Shown: positions 39,827 through 48,746, counted from the stretch's first letter. The stretch is 57,188 nt of DNA from a virus (IMGVR_UViG_3300032236_000645:1-57188), one strand, 5' to 3'. Made by a program: numbers and translations. Notes: generated by a model from the sequence alone, not told the origin.

Positions 39827-41863
39827 ATGTTAATTGAATCTAAATCAAATCTTGCTAAATTAATGGCAACTGAGAACATTATTGTTGAACAACGTAATGT
39901 TCCTACTGCTTACTTTAACTTGGGTTCTCGCACCTTAGTTATCCCTACTCTTAAAAATGAATTAAGCAGTACATTGTATGACTTATTCATTGGTCACGAA
40001 GTAGGACACGCCTTAAACACTCCAGAAGACGGTTGGCACGACTCTATCAAAGAGATGGGTGTCAACCGCTCTATCCTCAATGTCTGTGAAGATGTTCGTA
40101 TTGAAAAACTTATTCGCCGTAAATTCCCAGGCCTCAAGATGTCTTTCATCAAGGCATACCGTGAACTATTAGACCAAGACTTCTTTGATGTCAAAGGTAA
40201 AGACCTTAATGTCCTTAAGTTTATTGACCGTGTAAACCTACATACTAAATGTGGTGCTTCTTTAGGCATCAAGTTTGACATGGCAGAAACTCCATTGCTT
40301 CGTTTAGCTGAAGATGCTGAAACATTTGAACAGACCGTGGAAGCGGCTAAGAAAATCCAAGCGTTTATGAAAGAACAAATGGAAGAACGTCAAGCCAAAT
40401 CTGGCGGTGACGGAGATACTCCTGAAGATGAAGGTGAGTCTGGTCCATCTACTGATATTGGTGATGAAGATGGTGATGACATGGACTTCGGTGATAATGA
40501 TGATGCCACACCTAATGGTGAAATGGCAGACCAACAATTAGAATCTGACACCGACAAAGCATTCCGTGAAAAAGAAAAGGACTTATACCAAAATGACCCA
40601 CGAGGCGATTCTTCTTACGCAAATCTTCCTATTTTTGATGCTAGTAAACTTATCGTAGATTACAAAGAAATATATTCTGAAATCCGTAGAGTATCTAATA
40701 CTTTGGATCCTAAAGATTTGTATGAGTATGAGAAACATGCTAAGATTGATACATCCTTGTTTGCTAAGTTCCGACAAGAGTCCAACAAAGTAGTTGGCTA
40801 CCTTACTAAAGAGTTTGAACTCCGTAAAAACGCTGACCAAATGAAGAAGGCTTCTGTTGCCAAGACTGGTGATTTGAATATGAACCGTATTTTCTCATAT
40901 CAATTTTCAGAGGACATCTTTAAGAAGATTTCTGTGGTACCTAACGGCAAGTCACATGGTCTTGTATTGTTCTTGGATTGGTCTGGTTCGATGCACAACG
41001 TGATGCACGATACAATCAAACAATTACTATCATTGGTCTTATTCTGTAAGAAGGTTTCTATTCCATTTGAAGTGTATGCCTTCTCAGATGCTTATTCTAA
41101 AGGTGGTGATAATCCATATTGGGATAATGACTTACCGATTGTATATAAAGATGGTGACTTATTGCTTCGTAATGTAACTTTGATGAATATCTTATCCTCA
41201 CGTATGAACTCAGTTGATTTGTCATTTGCTGGTTCCGCTTTACTTTCTAAAGTATATGATGTTGGATATTATGGTTCGATGCGCCTTGGTGGTACTCCAT
41301 TGAATGAGACCATCACTGCTGCTATGGATTTGATTCCTAAGTTCCAGAAGAAATACAAACTACAAGTGGTTAATACTGTATTCTTAACTGATGGTGAAGG
41401 ACATGGTCTCAATAGAATACAAAACGCAGCTGAGGTTAAACGTATCTCTAATATTGTCCTACGTGATCCAGTTACATCAGCTTCAATGAGATATAACCTT
41501 AATGCTACAGATAACTCTAAGGCGTTCCTATTCTTATTGAAACAACGTACTGGATGCAATATCATTGGGTTCCGTATTATCTCTGCTAGAAATGCAAAAG
41601 AGTACCTTTATAAGGCATACAATGGTGCAGATATTGAACCAATCTTAAATGAGTTCCGTAAGACAAAATCAACCGTGATTAAGTCTGCCGGTTTTGATGA
41701 GTATTACCTACTCCGTGAGGACAAGATGAGTACCGATGAGGATGATGAGTTACAAGTTAAATCAACCACCACTAGAGGTTTAGTATCGGCTTTCAAGAAT
41801 TACACCAAAGGCCATATCCAAAACCGAGTAATTCTCAACCGCTTCATTGGCCTCATTTCTTAA
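39827..41863 (+). CDS. CobT-like metallopeptidase-vWA protein
   Basis: HEVGH, ED.RIE, acidic linker, DWSGS MIDAS, GGTP, LTDGE. Confidence 0.85.
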   Translation: MLIESKSNLAKLMATENIIVEQRNVPTAYFNLGSRTLVIPTLKNELSSTLYDLFIGHEVGHALNTPEDGWHDSIKEMGVNRSILNVCEDVRIEKLIRRKFPGLKMSFIKAYRELLDQDFFDVKGKDLNVLKFIDRVNLHTKCGASLGIKFDMAETPLLRLAEDAETFEQTVEAAKKIQAFMKEQMEERQAKSGGDGDTPEDEGESGPSTDIGDEDGDDMDFGDNDDATPNGEMADQQLESDTDKAFREKEKDLYQNDPRGDSSYANLPIFDASKLIVDYKEIYSEIRRVSNTLDPKDLYEYEKHAKIDTSLFAKFRQESNKVVGYLTKEFELRKNADQMKKASVAKTGDLNMNRIFSYQFSEDIFKKISVVPNGKSHGLVLFLDWSGSMHNVMHDTIKQLLSLVLFCKKVSIPFEVYAFSDAYSKGGDNPYWDNDLPIVYKDGDLLLRNVTLMNILSSRMNSVDLSFAGSALLSKVYDVGYYGSMRLGGTPLNETITAAMDLIPKFQKKYKLQVVNTVFLTDGEGHGLNRIQNAAEVKRISNIVLRDPVTSASMRYNLNATDNSKAFLFLLKQRTGCNIIGFRIISARNAKEYLYKAYNGADIEPILNEFRKTKSTVIKSAGFDEYYLLREDKMSTDEDDELQVKSTTTRGLVSAFKNYTKGHIQNRVILNRFIGLIS

Positions 41864-41895
41864 ATCAAACATATTTTTTTAGCAAGGATTTTTCC

Positions 41896-42318
41896 ATGGC
41901 AGTTATGAAACCCAATGACCCATTTCAACCACTCACTGGCGGTGCCGCTGATATTTCCCACGCATACGACCATGATATCAGTATCTCCGCTGCGGTTCCG
42001 TCATCTTACGTAGATATTGGCAATATGTCAACACCTTACACCTTGAACGAAACGTATATCTTAGATAAGGCGAAGCCACATCTTTACCAGTCTTCGGAAA
42101 TCGTAGATATGGTTATGTACGAAAAAGTAACAGACGAAAGTATATTAAAGGAAAATATTCGAGCTGGGCTACGCCTTCAGATGGCACAGAACCTAACCGA
42201 GAACATGACCTTTACACGTGTCAATGACTACGCAAACGACAACATGATTATACATGGAAGGTGTTATGCTTTTACTAGAGAGCAACTGTTAGATTTTGTA
42301 AGAGAAATCAATAAATAA
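41896..42318 (+). CDS. Hypothetical protein
   Basis: AAGGA RBS. Confidence 0.6.
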   Translation: MAVMKPNDPFQPLTGGAADISHAYDHDISISAAVPSSYVDIGNMSTPYTLNETYILDKAKPHLYQSSEIVDMVMYEKVTDESILKENIRAGLRLQMAQNLTENMTFTRVNDYANDNMIIHGRCYAFTREQLLDFVREINK

Positions 42319-42351
42319 TTCCTTTTCACACCCATCCCAAAAGGAAACGCA

Positions 42352-42546
42352 ATGCAATCAACCCATGACAAAATCACGGATGCTATAGTATTACTGTATG
42401 AAATCGCCACTGATATGAAAACATCTCCATTATCTCCTAGAGTAGAGATGCTCGCCTTAGAGTTAAACAAAGTATCCAAAGAGTACCATGAAGAATTATC
42501 TAATAAGAAAATGTATGATACATCGAAGATTGTTATAGGACTGTAG
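42352..42546 (+). CDS. Hypothetical protein
   Basis: AAGGA RBS. Confidence 0.55.
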   Translation: MQSTHDKITDAIVLLYEIATDMKTSPLSPRVEMLALELNKVSKEYHEELSNKKMYDTSKIVIGL

Positions 42547-42550
42547 GCCT

Positions 42551-42739
42551 ATGAAATCACTCTCTCACGGTAAGGTTGGGAATATCAAGATGCGTGGACG
42601 GAAGACTTGCTCTGCCGGTTGTACCTGTTGTGACGTTCAAAACTTTAAAGACAGAGAACGTGAGAGAGAGTTACTCAAAGAGATACTGGAATGGAATAGT
42701 ACCAAGTACGGTACAGGTCCTTTGTTAGGAGAGTATTAA
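42551..42739 (+). CDS. Cys-containing hypothetical protein
   Basis: CxxxCxCC. Confidence 0.5.
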   Translation: MKSLSHGKVGNIKMRGRKTCSAGCTCCDVQNFKDRERERELLKEILEWNSTKYGTGPLLGEY

Positions 42740-42954
42740 TGCCTCTTAGAATAACCAATGAATGTCCTCTGTGTATGTTAGAGATACACCAATACTCTAT
42801 GGGTTGTGATGGGTGTGATACTCGAAGGTTGATTAATGAATTTGCTCAGATGGTTGTAGCGGATACTAATAGACGCTTTGAGGAAGAAAGAGTTAAGTTT
42901 TACAACGAGGTCCTGGCGGATTCCCGGCCGGCAAAAAATTCTGAAATCACGTAG
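42739..42954 (+). CDS. Zn-finger-like hypothetical protein
   Basis: CPLC...CDGC; AGGAG RBS. Confidence 0.55.
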   Translation: MPLRITNECPLCMLEIHQYSMGCDGCDTRRLINEFAQMVVADTNRRFEEERVKFYNEVLADSRPAKNSEIT

Positions 42955-43020
42955 AGTTGGGTAGCGGTGGCAGTTACGTCACCCATCGTTTCGCCATGGC
43001 ACGCAATCCAATACTATACG

Positions 43021-43052
43021 GGGGCTGCCGCCTTACACTTGACGGCAACCCC
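43021..43052 (-). terminator. GC-rich hairpin at the convergence of + and - units
   Basis: GGGGTTGCCG...CGGCAGCCCC on minus strand just after the 43061 stop; no clear U-tract. Confidence 0.5.
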
Positions 43053-43060
43053 TAATCGTG

Positions 43061-43246
43061 TTATAATCCAAAGCTTGCTGCTTTAACGCTGCTTGGCCGA
43101 CTACCACCAACCACGTAACCGCCGCTGCTCTTACTGCGCATTTTCTGCCTTGGTGCTTTAACGCTCTTGCATATAGTGACCTTGACTCCGCTAATTGCCA
43201 AGTCTGCTAGTGATGCTAATGCTATTCTTTGCTCTTGCTTAGTCAT
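43061..43246 (-). CDS. Small basic early protein
   Basis: AAGGA RBS. Confidence 0.6.
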   Translation of the reverse strand: MTKQEQRIALASLADLAISGVKVTICKSVKAPRQKMRSKSSGGYVVGGSRPSSVKAASFGL

Positions 43247-43255
43247 ATATTGTCC

Positions 43256-43450
43256 TTATTGATATGGGTTAGGGTTACGTGCTTCGTATTGGTTAGAGGG
43301 ATATACCATGGATGGCTTATATGCCTCTGCCTCGCCGCCGTTATTAGGCACTATATGGATCATAGTGCGACCTATACGCTTAACGGTGCCAAAGCGTGTG
43401 GTGTAGGCATTCAATTGGATGGCTACGTGTTGTCCGATGCTTAGTTCCAT
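43256..43450 (-). CDS. Small SH3-like early protein
   Basis: GGAG RBS; IGQ.V...GTV.RIG. Confidence 0.6.
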   Translation of the reverse strand: MELSIGQHVAIQLNAYTTRFGTVKRIGRTMIHIVPNNGGEAEAYKPSMVYPSNQYEARNPNPYQ

Positions 43451-43451
43451 A

Positions 43452-43592
43452 TTAGTCTCCTATTAGCATGCCTACGAATATCATGCCTGAGGCGACTAAC
43501 ATACCATAACCGACACCTGCCATTTGACCTGAAGCACAACCTACTAGAAAGGCGACTATAGCGCCTGCTGTTGCTATTAGTGTGATTTTCAT
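43452..43592 (-). CDS. Small hydrophobic/lipoprotein-like peptide (46 aa, MKITLIATAG...)
   Basis: AAGGAGG RBS, LVGC; not in ORF track. Confidence 0.55.
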   Translation of the reverse strand: MKITLIATAGAIVAFLVGCASGQMAGVGYGMLVASGMIFVGMLIGD

Positions 43593-43807
43593 TATACTGC
43601 CTCCTTAGTGTAGAGGATAATAGCTTTAACACCGATGATGGCATTTAGTTCGGCACCGTCACGGTCATGGTATGCCATAAACTCACGGACCTTAGCATTG
43701 TCAAATTTTGATTTTTGTAGCTCGTCTCTGATAGCGATTGACCATGCTGTGCAGCTGTTGATTAAGCCTGCCATTAGTGTTGCTTGTTTTTTAGATAATT
43801 TTGCCAT
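43592..43807 (-). CDS. Hypothetical early protein
   Basis: Promoter and AGGAG RBS upstream. Confidence 0.65.
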   Translation of the reverse strand: MAKLSKKQATLMAGLINSCTAWSIAIRDELQKSKFDNAKVREFMAYHDRDGAELNAIIGVKAIILYTKEAV

Positions 43808-43878
43808 TTGTTTCTCTCCTGATTAAGTATGGGTCCATCCTACACTAACTGGAGGGAAAGTCAAGCACTTTCGAGCCT

Positions 43879-44169
43879 TTATCGGCCTGTACCGAAGCCA
43901 TTCCAAACGCTACCATCTCGACCATCATAAGAAGTCACACCGCTGTCATGGTTATAACCAATCAATTCCCAAACATGGTTTTTCCATATTTTGAAGAATA
44001 CAAGCGGAGTAACCTTAGCTGGTTTGTCACTCTTCCGATTAATACTAATAAGCCACAATGTTACATCAAAAGACAATAACATGCCTCGAAGTATATGGTA
44101 AGCGATATAAGCAAGGATTAAACTTAATACACCTAAAGCGACAATACCAGTAATTTCTAACCAATTCAT
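43879..44169 (-). CDS. Membrane protein
   Basis: N-terminal TM; own promoter and RBS. Confidence 0.65.
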   Translation of the reverse strand: MNWLEITGIVALGVLSLILAYIAYHILRGMLLSFDVTLWLISINRKSDKPAKVTPLVFFKIWKNHVWELIGYNHDSGVTSYDGRDGSVWNGFGTGR

Positions 44170-44244
44170 TTTGTTTCCTTTGTTTCGTTAATCAATGGTT
44201 GGATTATACAGAAACTGGAGGGAAAGTCAAGCACTAAATTGGTA

Positions 44245-44547
44245 TTAATAGCGGTGGCGGTAGCGAAAAGGAACAGGTTGGCCATGGTAGCTCGTATTGT
44301 AGACCGTTGTGCGGTCACCAGCTAAAATTGAGCCTACCACAATACCGCCAAGGGCACCAATAACCATGCCTTCGGTGCTTGACATTTGGCTCTGGGCCTG
44401 ATATACTGGCTGGCTTTGTTGGACTACCACTGGTTGGTCACAGCGATAGAGCTGGATGCCATTCTGGTCAAGGCCTACTGGCTGACAATCGGCCATGGCA
44501 CTGAATGAAAGGGAGGCTACTAGAGCGCCTGCAATTATTCTTTTCAT
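44245..44547 (-). CDS. Secreted glycine-zipper protein
   Basis: Signal peptide MKRII...AMA; G..IGA.GG...GS. Confidence 0.65.
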   Translation of the reverse strand: MKRIIAGALVASLSFSAMADCQPVGLDQNGIQLYRCDQPVVVQQSQPVYQAQSQMSSTEGMVIGALGGIVVGSILAGDRTTVYNTSYHGQPVPFRYRHRY

Positions 44548-44548
44548 A

Positions 44549-44704
44549 TTATACTCCACAAGCTTGATAAAATCTGGCAAAGTCAAAGCGAGGGTTGCTC
44601 TGACGGCAAACCTCTGCCATTTGGATCGCCATTGTTTTGCGCTCTACTAGATTGCTGATAGCGGCGATTTGGTCGGCGATAGCCTTAAAATCTTTTCTGG
44701 TCAT
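44549..44704 (-). CDS. Small protein MTRKDF...NPRFD..RF..AC (51 aa)
   Basis: Read manually; coupled to both neighbours. Confidence 0.65.
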   Translation of the reverse strand: MTRKDFKAIADQIAAISNLVERKTMAIQMAEVCRQSNPRFDFARFYQACGV

Positions 44705-44705
44705 A

Positions 44706-44990
44706 TTATAAAACCTTTCCTGTAACATTATACTTATTTTTTAAGAATGCCAAGGCACTCTCTACGGTTGGTCGAGCAGCCTCTGTACGGCCATCACCAT
44801 TTACTGCCATAAACTTGCCACGTGCTTCTTTATAGAATACTGTAAATGGTTCAAGTTTGGCTTTTGGTGCTTTTGCCACTTTCACTGCCTTTGGTGCTTT
44901 CGCTTCTACTTTTACAGTAGCCTTAGCTTTCGCTGGCACTTTGACTGGTTTTGGTGCTACCACTTGGTTTACTAGATTTGATAAGTTCAT
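44706..44990 (-). CDS. K/A/P-rich early protein, paralog of 47841-48290
   Basis: AGGAG RBS; EAARPT...ALAFLK.KY domain. Confidence 0.7.
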   Translation of the reverse strand: MNLSNLVNQVVAPKPVKVPAKAKATVKVEAKAPKAVKVAKAPKAKLEPFTVFYKEARGKFMAVNGDGRTEAARPTVESALAFLKNKYNVTGKVL

Positions 44991-45049
44991 TTTTTGTCTC
45001 CTGTTTAAGTATGTGTCCATTATACATGGATTCCAGAAAAAGTCAAGCA

Positions 45050-45241
45050 TTATTTGGTTGCCATAATTGAAACATCAACCAAATCTAAGCCCACAAATTT
45101 AAGCATGGTTTCAATCTCGGCTTTGTTCATATGATCCAGAGCCACGGCCATCATATGGATCAAATCGTCATGCTCAATATGCTTTAGAGCCAGCTCTGTA
45201 TTTCTTCTGGCTTCGTATAGTTCGGTACTGGCTTGGCTCAT
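45050..45241 (-). CDS. Hypothetical early protein
   Basis: Own promoter. Confidence 0.6.
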   Translation of the reverse strand: MSQASTELYEARRNTELALKHIEHDDLIHMMAVALDHMNKAEIETMLKFVGLDLVDVSIMATK

Positions 45242-45348
45242 GATTTTCTCTTTCGTTTTAGTATGGTGCCATTATACATGGATTCCAGAAAAAGTCAAGC
45301 ACTTTATTGGTTTATTTTCGCTTGACTTTTCGAGCTGGCTGTGTTATA

Positions 45349-45693
45349 CTATAAGGCTCTATTGACTACAAATTTAATATCTTCAAGAGCAGTCTGTAAG
45401 TCATTGATTCTGCACTCTTTTTCTTCTAGCTCTACTTCTAGTTCGGCCACTTGAAACTCTGTGCGACTGAGGACTAGCTGTAACTCATTGATTTCACTCT
45501 CTTTTTCTTCGTTATCTAAAGTGATGAGCCCGAAGTCTTTATCAAAAGCTTCTTGTAAGTCATTGATTTCTTTATCTTTTTGTTTGATAATGTCATCTAA
45601 TAATGCTAATTGATTAAGATAGTATAAGTCACTGTTTTGACTAGTTTTTTCAACATACTCTAAGCCGTTGATTACAATAGATAATTTTTTCAT
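45349..45693 (-). CDS. Acidic coiled-coil protein with EINDLQ repeats
   Basis: Promoter at 45731-45758, start MKKLS; the longer ORF-track extension crosses promoters. Confidence 0.5.
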   Translation of the reverse strand: MKKLSIVINGLEYVEKTSQNSDLYYLNQLALLDDIIKQKDKEINDLQEAFDKDFGLITLDNEEKESEINELQLVLSRTEFQVAELEVELEEKECRINDLQTALEDIKFVVNRAL

Positions 45694-46681
45694 AGTGTTT
45701 TCTCTTTCTGTTTCGTTATTCAATGATGCTATTATACACTGATCCATAGAAAAGTCAAGCATTATTTCGGATTTTATTTGCAAAAAAGTGCTTGACTTTT
45801 TGGCCGGTTGTGATATAATGGAACCACGCCACCCCTGCGTGCGGCTTCCACGATAAGTAAAACTTATTGATCCGTCGCAATCAATAAGAAAATAATGCTT
45901 GACTTTTGGTGTGGTTGTGTTATAATGGTTCCACAGTGAGAAAACAAAGAAACCCATGAGCCCACCCCCTGCGTGACGCTTTCGTAGCCCGCTAAGCTCT
46001 TGATTATAAAGAGAAAAATAAACCAAAATAATGCTTGACTTTTTGGCCAATTGTGATAGAATGGTGGTATTGTTGCGTATCTCAAAAACGCTCAGAAAAA
46101 ACTCAATGGAATCAAGAGCTTATGGGAGTGAGAAAAAACTCAATGGAATCAAGAGCTTACAAAAATCTCAATGAAATCAATGGGATAGATGAATTGCTAG
46201 TGAAATCAATGGGTTGGAGAAAACTGAATGAAATCAACGGCTTACAGAATATCGTTGTGGATCAATGAGTTGCGTTGAGTTGCTCTGGATCTGGTTGAGG
46301 AGCCGGCGGCAACCCGTTGAAAGAAAATAAAAAAATCTCGGCAACGAGTTTAACTCCACACGCTAACACACAATGCGACGCAGTTCCCGAGGTCATAAGT
46401 AAAACTTATCAATCCAACGGTATTGATATCGCTTGGTATTGTATGGATTCTGTAAGGACGCTGTGGTACACTATGGACACTATCGGTGCTTACTAAGGCA
46501 TTGATTATAATAAGGTTTATATCTACTGTCCTTATACTATCAGGTAGCATATACGTTAACCTATTGATTATTATACTCTTATCCTCTACTGTATGGTAAG
46601 GTATTGATATCATTAAGGTAAGCATGAGGTAAACTTTTAGGTAATTATTTTTATTTTTATTGTTTTATAATCAATAGGTTA
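45397..46681. repeat. Array of IHF-consensus sites (WATCAANNNNTTR)
   Basis: 13 exact matches: minus 45397, 45481, 45556, 45661, 45993, 46494, 46557, 46597; plus 46110, 46147, 46204, 46232, 46669; near matches 46175, 46260. Confidence 0.75.
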
Positions 46682-46765
46682 GCGTCAGGTAAAAAATATG
46701 GTGATAATGCTTGACTTTCTCCGTGGATTCTGTATAATGGACACATAAATTGATGAGGAGTTATT

Positions 46766-47515
46766 ATGAAGTTATTATCTACAGGCAACCCGAAAGTATT
46801 AAAGGGTATGAAGCAAGGTTATAATACCTATATTCTGCATCTTGCACCTGCTGATTTATCTGGTTATGAAACTTGTCCTAAACGGACTAAGGGATGCACT
46901 GGTGCTTGTTTGAATATGGCAGGACGTGGTGGTATTTTCAAAGTAGGCACTAACACCAATGTTATTCAGGAAGCACGTAAGCGCAAGACTCGTATGTTTT
47001 TTGAGGATCGTGGTCGTTTTATGACTGAATTGGTTGCCGATATTGAATTGGCCATCAAACAATCTGCTAAGTTAGGATTGGTGCCTGTGTTCCGCTTGAA
47101 TGGTACTTCGGACTTATCGTTTGAAAAGTATGAGGTGGTTCGTGGTGGTGTTGGTTATAAGAATATCTTTGAGGCATTCAGTGAGGTACAATTCTATGAT
47201 TATACCAAGGTACTAGGTCGCAAAGTTTCAGGTATCAAAAATTATCACCTAACCTTCTCAGCAGCAGACGGTAACGATAAGGACGTATTGAAAGCAATAG
47301 CACAAGGTTATAATATCGCTATGGTTTTCGGTATCAATAAAAAGTTACCATTGCCTACTGATTATCTCGGTTTACCTGTTTTTAATGGTGATGAAAGCGA
47401 TTTGAGATTTTTAGATCCACGTGGTGTTATCGTTGGTTTGTATGCCAAAGGTAAGGCTACTAAAGATACTAGTGGTTTTGTAAAATATCCAACAATTATG
47501 TTAAAGGCAGCCTAA
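46766..47515 (+). CDS. GP88-family phage protein
   Basis: CP....GC...CL, RLNGTSD, FYDYTK, YHLTFS, GDESDLRF.D. Confidence 0.75.
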   Translation: MKLLSTGNPKVLKGMKQGYNTYILHLAPADLSGYETCPKRTKGCTGACLNMAGRGGIFKVGTNTNVIQEARKRKTRMFFEDRGRFMTELVADIELAIKQSAKLGLVPVFRLNGTSDLSFEKYEVVRGGVGYKNIFEAFSEVQFYDYTKVLGRKVSGIKNYHLTFSAADGNDKDVLKAIAQGYNIAMVFGINKKLPLPTDYLGLPVFNGDESDLRFLDPRGVIVGLYAKGKATKDTSGFVKYPTIMLKAA

Positions 47516-47516
47516 T

Positions 47517-47777
47517 ATGTTTTTATTAAAAGATTATATCAGCAGAGGTACTACCAATCGTGGTTTGAATTTCCCACGAGCATCTATGTATCATGGCATA
47601 CCAATGGATAAGCTCGAGGTAACAAAAGTGGTACTTGCCAATCTATATCCAGAAGGTAAATTCCGTATTAGGTATCGTGGTAAGCGTGCTGGCTATCGTG
47701 ATGGTAGGACTCGGACTCAACACCAACAGGATTGCTTGAAACAATACGCAGAATCCTTTGCTGTTTACTATAGATAA
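47517..47777 (+). CDS. Hypothetical protein
   Basis: RIRYRG.R...CLK..A..FAVY. Confidence 0.6.
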   Translation: MFLLKDYISRGTTNRGLNFPRASMYHGIPMDKLEVTKVVLANLYPEGKFRIRYRGKRAGYRDGRTRTQHQQDCLKQYAESFAVYYR

Positions 47778-47840
47778 TGCTTGACTTATTCCGTGGTTGT
47801 GTTACCATGGTTACACTAAATTGATGACGGAGATTATATT

Positions 47841-48290
47841 ATGAATACCCAATTATTAGAAAAGTATGAGGTTCAACCGTTTGCCAACCCAGCGGAGACT
47901 GAGTATTTTATCAAGTACCTAGAGCAAGGCGAGCGCAAAGGCCTCGAAGGTTTGGCCAATGTGGTGTATGCTCGGACTTCTACTACCGAACTATTCAAAA
48001 CCTTACCTCACCTCAAAACCAAGTATGATACAGAACCAGTGCCTAAAGCATTGAAAGCTATCAAACCTCAGGTAACAAAGTCAGTAGTCACTAAGGTAGC
48101 AAAAGTAAAAGCACCTAAGGTACAGATTTTCGGTGATGGTGCCGTATACTTCCGACCAGACCGTAACAAGTGGATGGCAGTATACAATGGCAAGGCAGAA
48201 GCAGCACGACCAACCTCAGCTGCTGCCTTGGCATTCTTAAAGAAAAAGTATGATATTGATGGTTATGTTGTTGATAAAATTGAGGACTAA
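47841..48290 (+). CDS. Early protein, paralog of 44706-44990
   Basis: K/A/V linker plus EAARPT...ALAFLKKKY. Confidence 0.7.
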   Translation: MNTQLLEKYEVQPFANPAETEYFIKYLEQGERKGLEGLANVVYARTSTTELFKTLPHLKTKYDTEPVPKALKAIKPQVTKSVVTKVAKVKAPKVQIFGDGAVYFRPDRNKWMAVYNGKAEAARPTSAAALAFLKKKYDIDGYVVDKIED

Positions 48291-48292
48291 TT

Positions 48293-48520
48293 ATGACCAA
48301 AGAAATTAAATTGCCGTTTGATTGCACGGTGTATGATGACGAACCACAATTGGTACAAAACCCTTTTAGTGGTGAGACCGTGATGTTGGAACCAATGGCT
48401 ATTGCCGTGTATGATACGGTGATGGGTGCCAATATGATTGGTGACTATAAGACCGTGCAAAAAGGCGTGACATGGTTCCGTAAGTATTTCCCTAAAGAAT
48501 ACATGGTATTATTAGATTAA
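48293..48520 (+). CDS. Hypothetical protein
   Basis: NPFSGE...AVYD...G..WF...P.EYMVLLD; GAGG RBS. Confidence 0.7.
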   Translation: MTKEIKLPFDCTVYDDEPQLVQNPFSGETVMLEPMAIAVYDTVMGANMIGDYKTVQKGVTWFRKYFPKEYMVLLD

Positions 48521-48530
48521 GGTAAAAATT

Positions 48531-48746
48531 ATGAGATTTGCTCAATTTGAAACAGTAAGTGGTAGTCAGGTAACTATTTTCTTCACTGATAAGGTAACGG
48601 TACACCAATACTACCGAAACCGTGATGGTGGGGATGCCGTATGTGTTATGGATGGTCTACACAATAACGGTGGTTGGGAAGTCAAAGGTACATACCAAGA
48701 GGTAGTGGATAAAATTATGTATGCAAATGAAATGGGAGTGAAATAA
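48531..48746 (+). CDS. Hypothetical protein
   Basis: RBS, coupled. Confidence 0.6.
   Translation: MRFAQFETVSGSQVTIFFTDKVTVHQYYRNRDGGDAVCVMDGLHNNGGWEVKGTYQEVVDKIMYANEMGVK

Larger units (their letters stand above)
43837..45758 (-). promoter_or_regulatory. Five leftward early promoters
   Basis: gcTTGACT-16 bp-TAnnAT at 43837-43864, 44203-44230, 45019-45046, 45271-45298, 45731-45758. Confidence 0.85.

Noticed and set aside
42319-42348. TTCCTTTT...AAAAGGAA hairpin as terminator
   Set aside because: Weak stem, no U-tract; at most it sequesters the next RBS
521-42479. Many short antisense or alternate-frame ORFs within core genes
   Set aside because: Shadow ORFs with no RBS or motifs; only 22764-23132 has independent support
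44548-44586. Possible extra leftward promoter and TTG start at 44586
   Set aside because: -35 and -10 spacing is wrong and the stretch lies inside the 51-aa ORF
46090-46275. Repeats as a CRISPR array, or the 46035-46268 ORF as a gene
   Set aside because: Units are short, degenerate and irregularly spaced without unique ~30-nt spacers; the ORF starts inside a -35 box and merely translates the repeats
45694-46625. ORF-track entries 45864-46085, 46350-46625 and the N-terminal extension of 45349-46050
   Set aside because: They run through promoters and IHF boxes and lack RBSs
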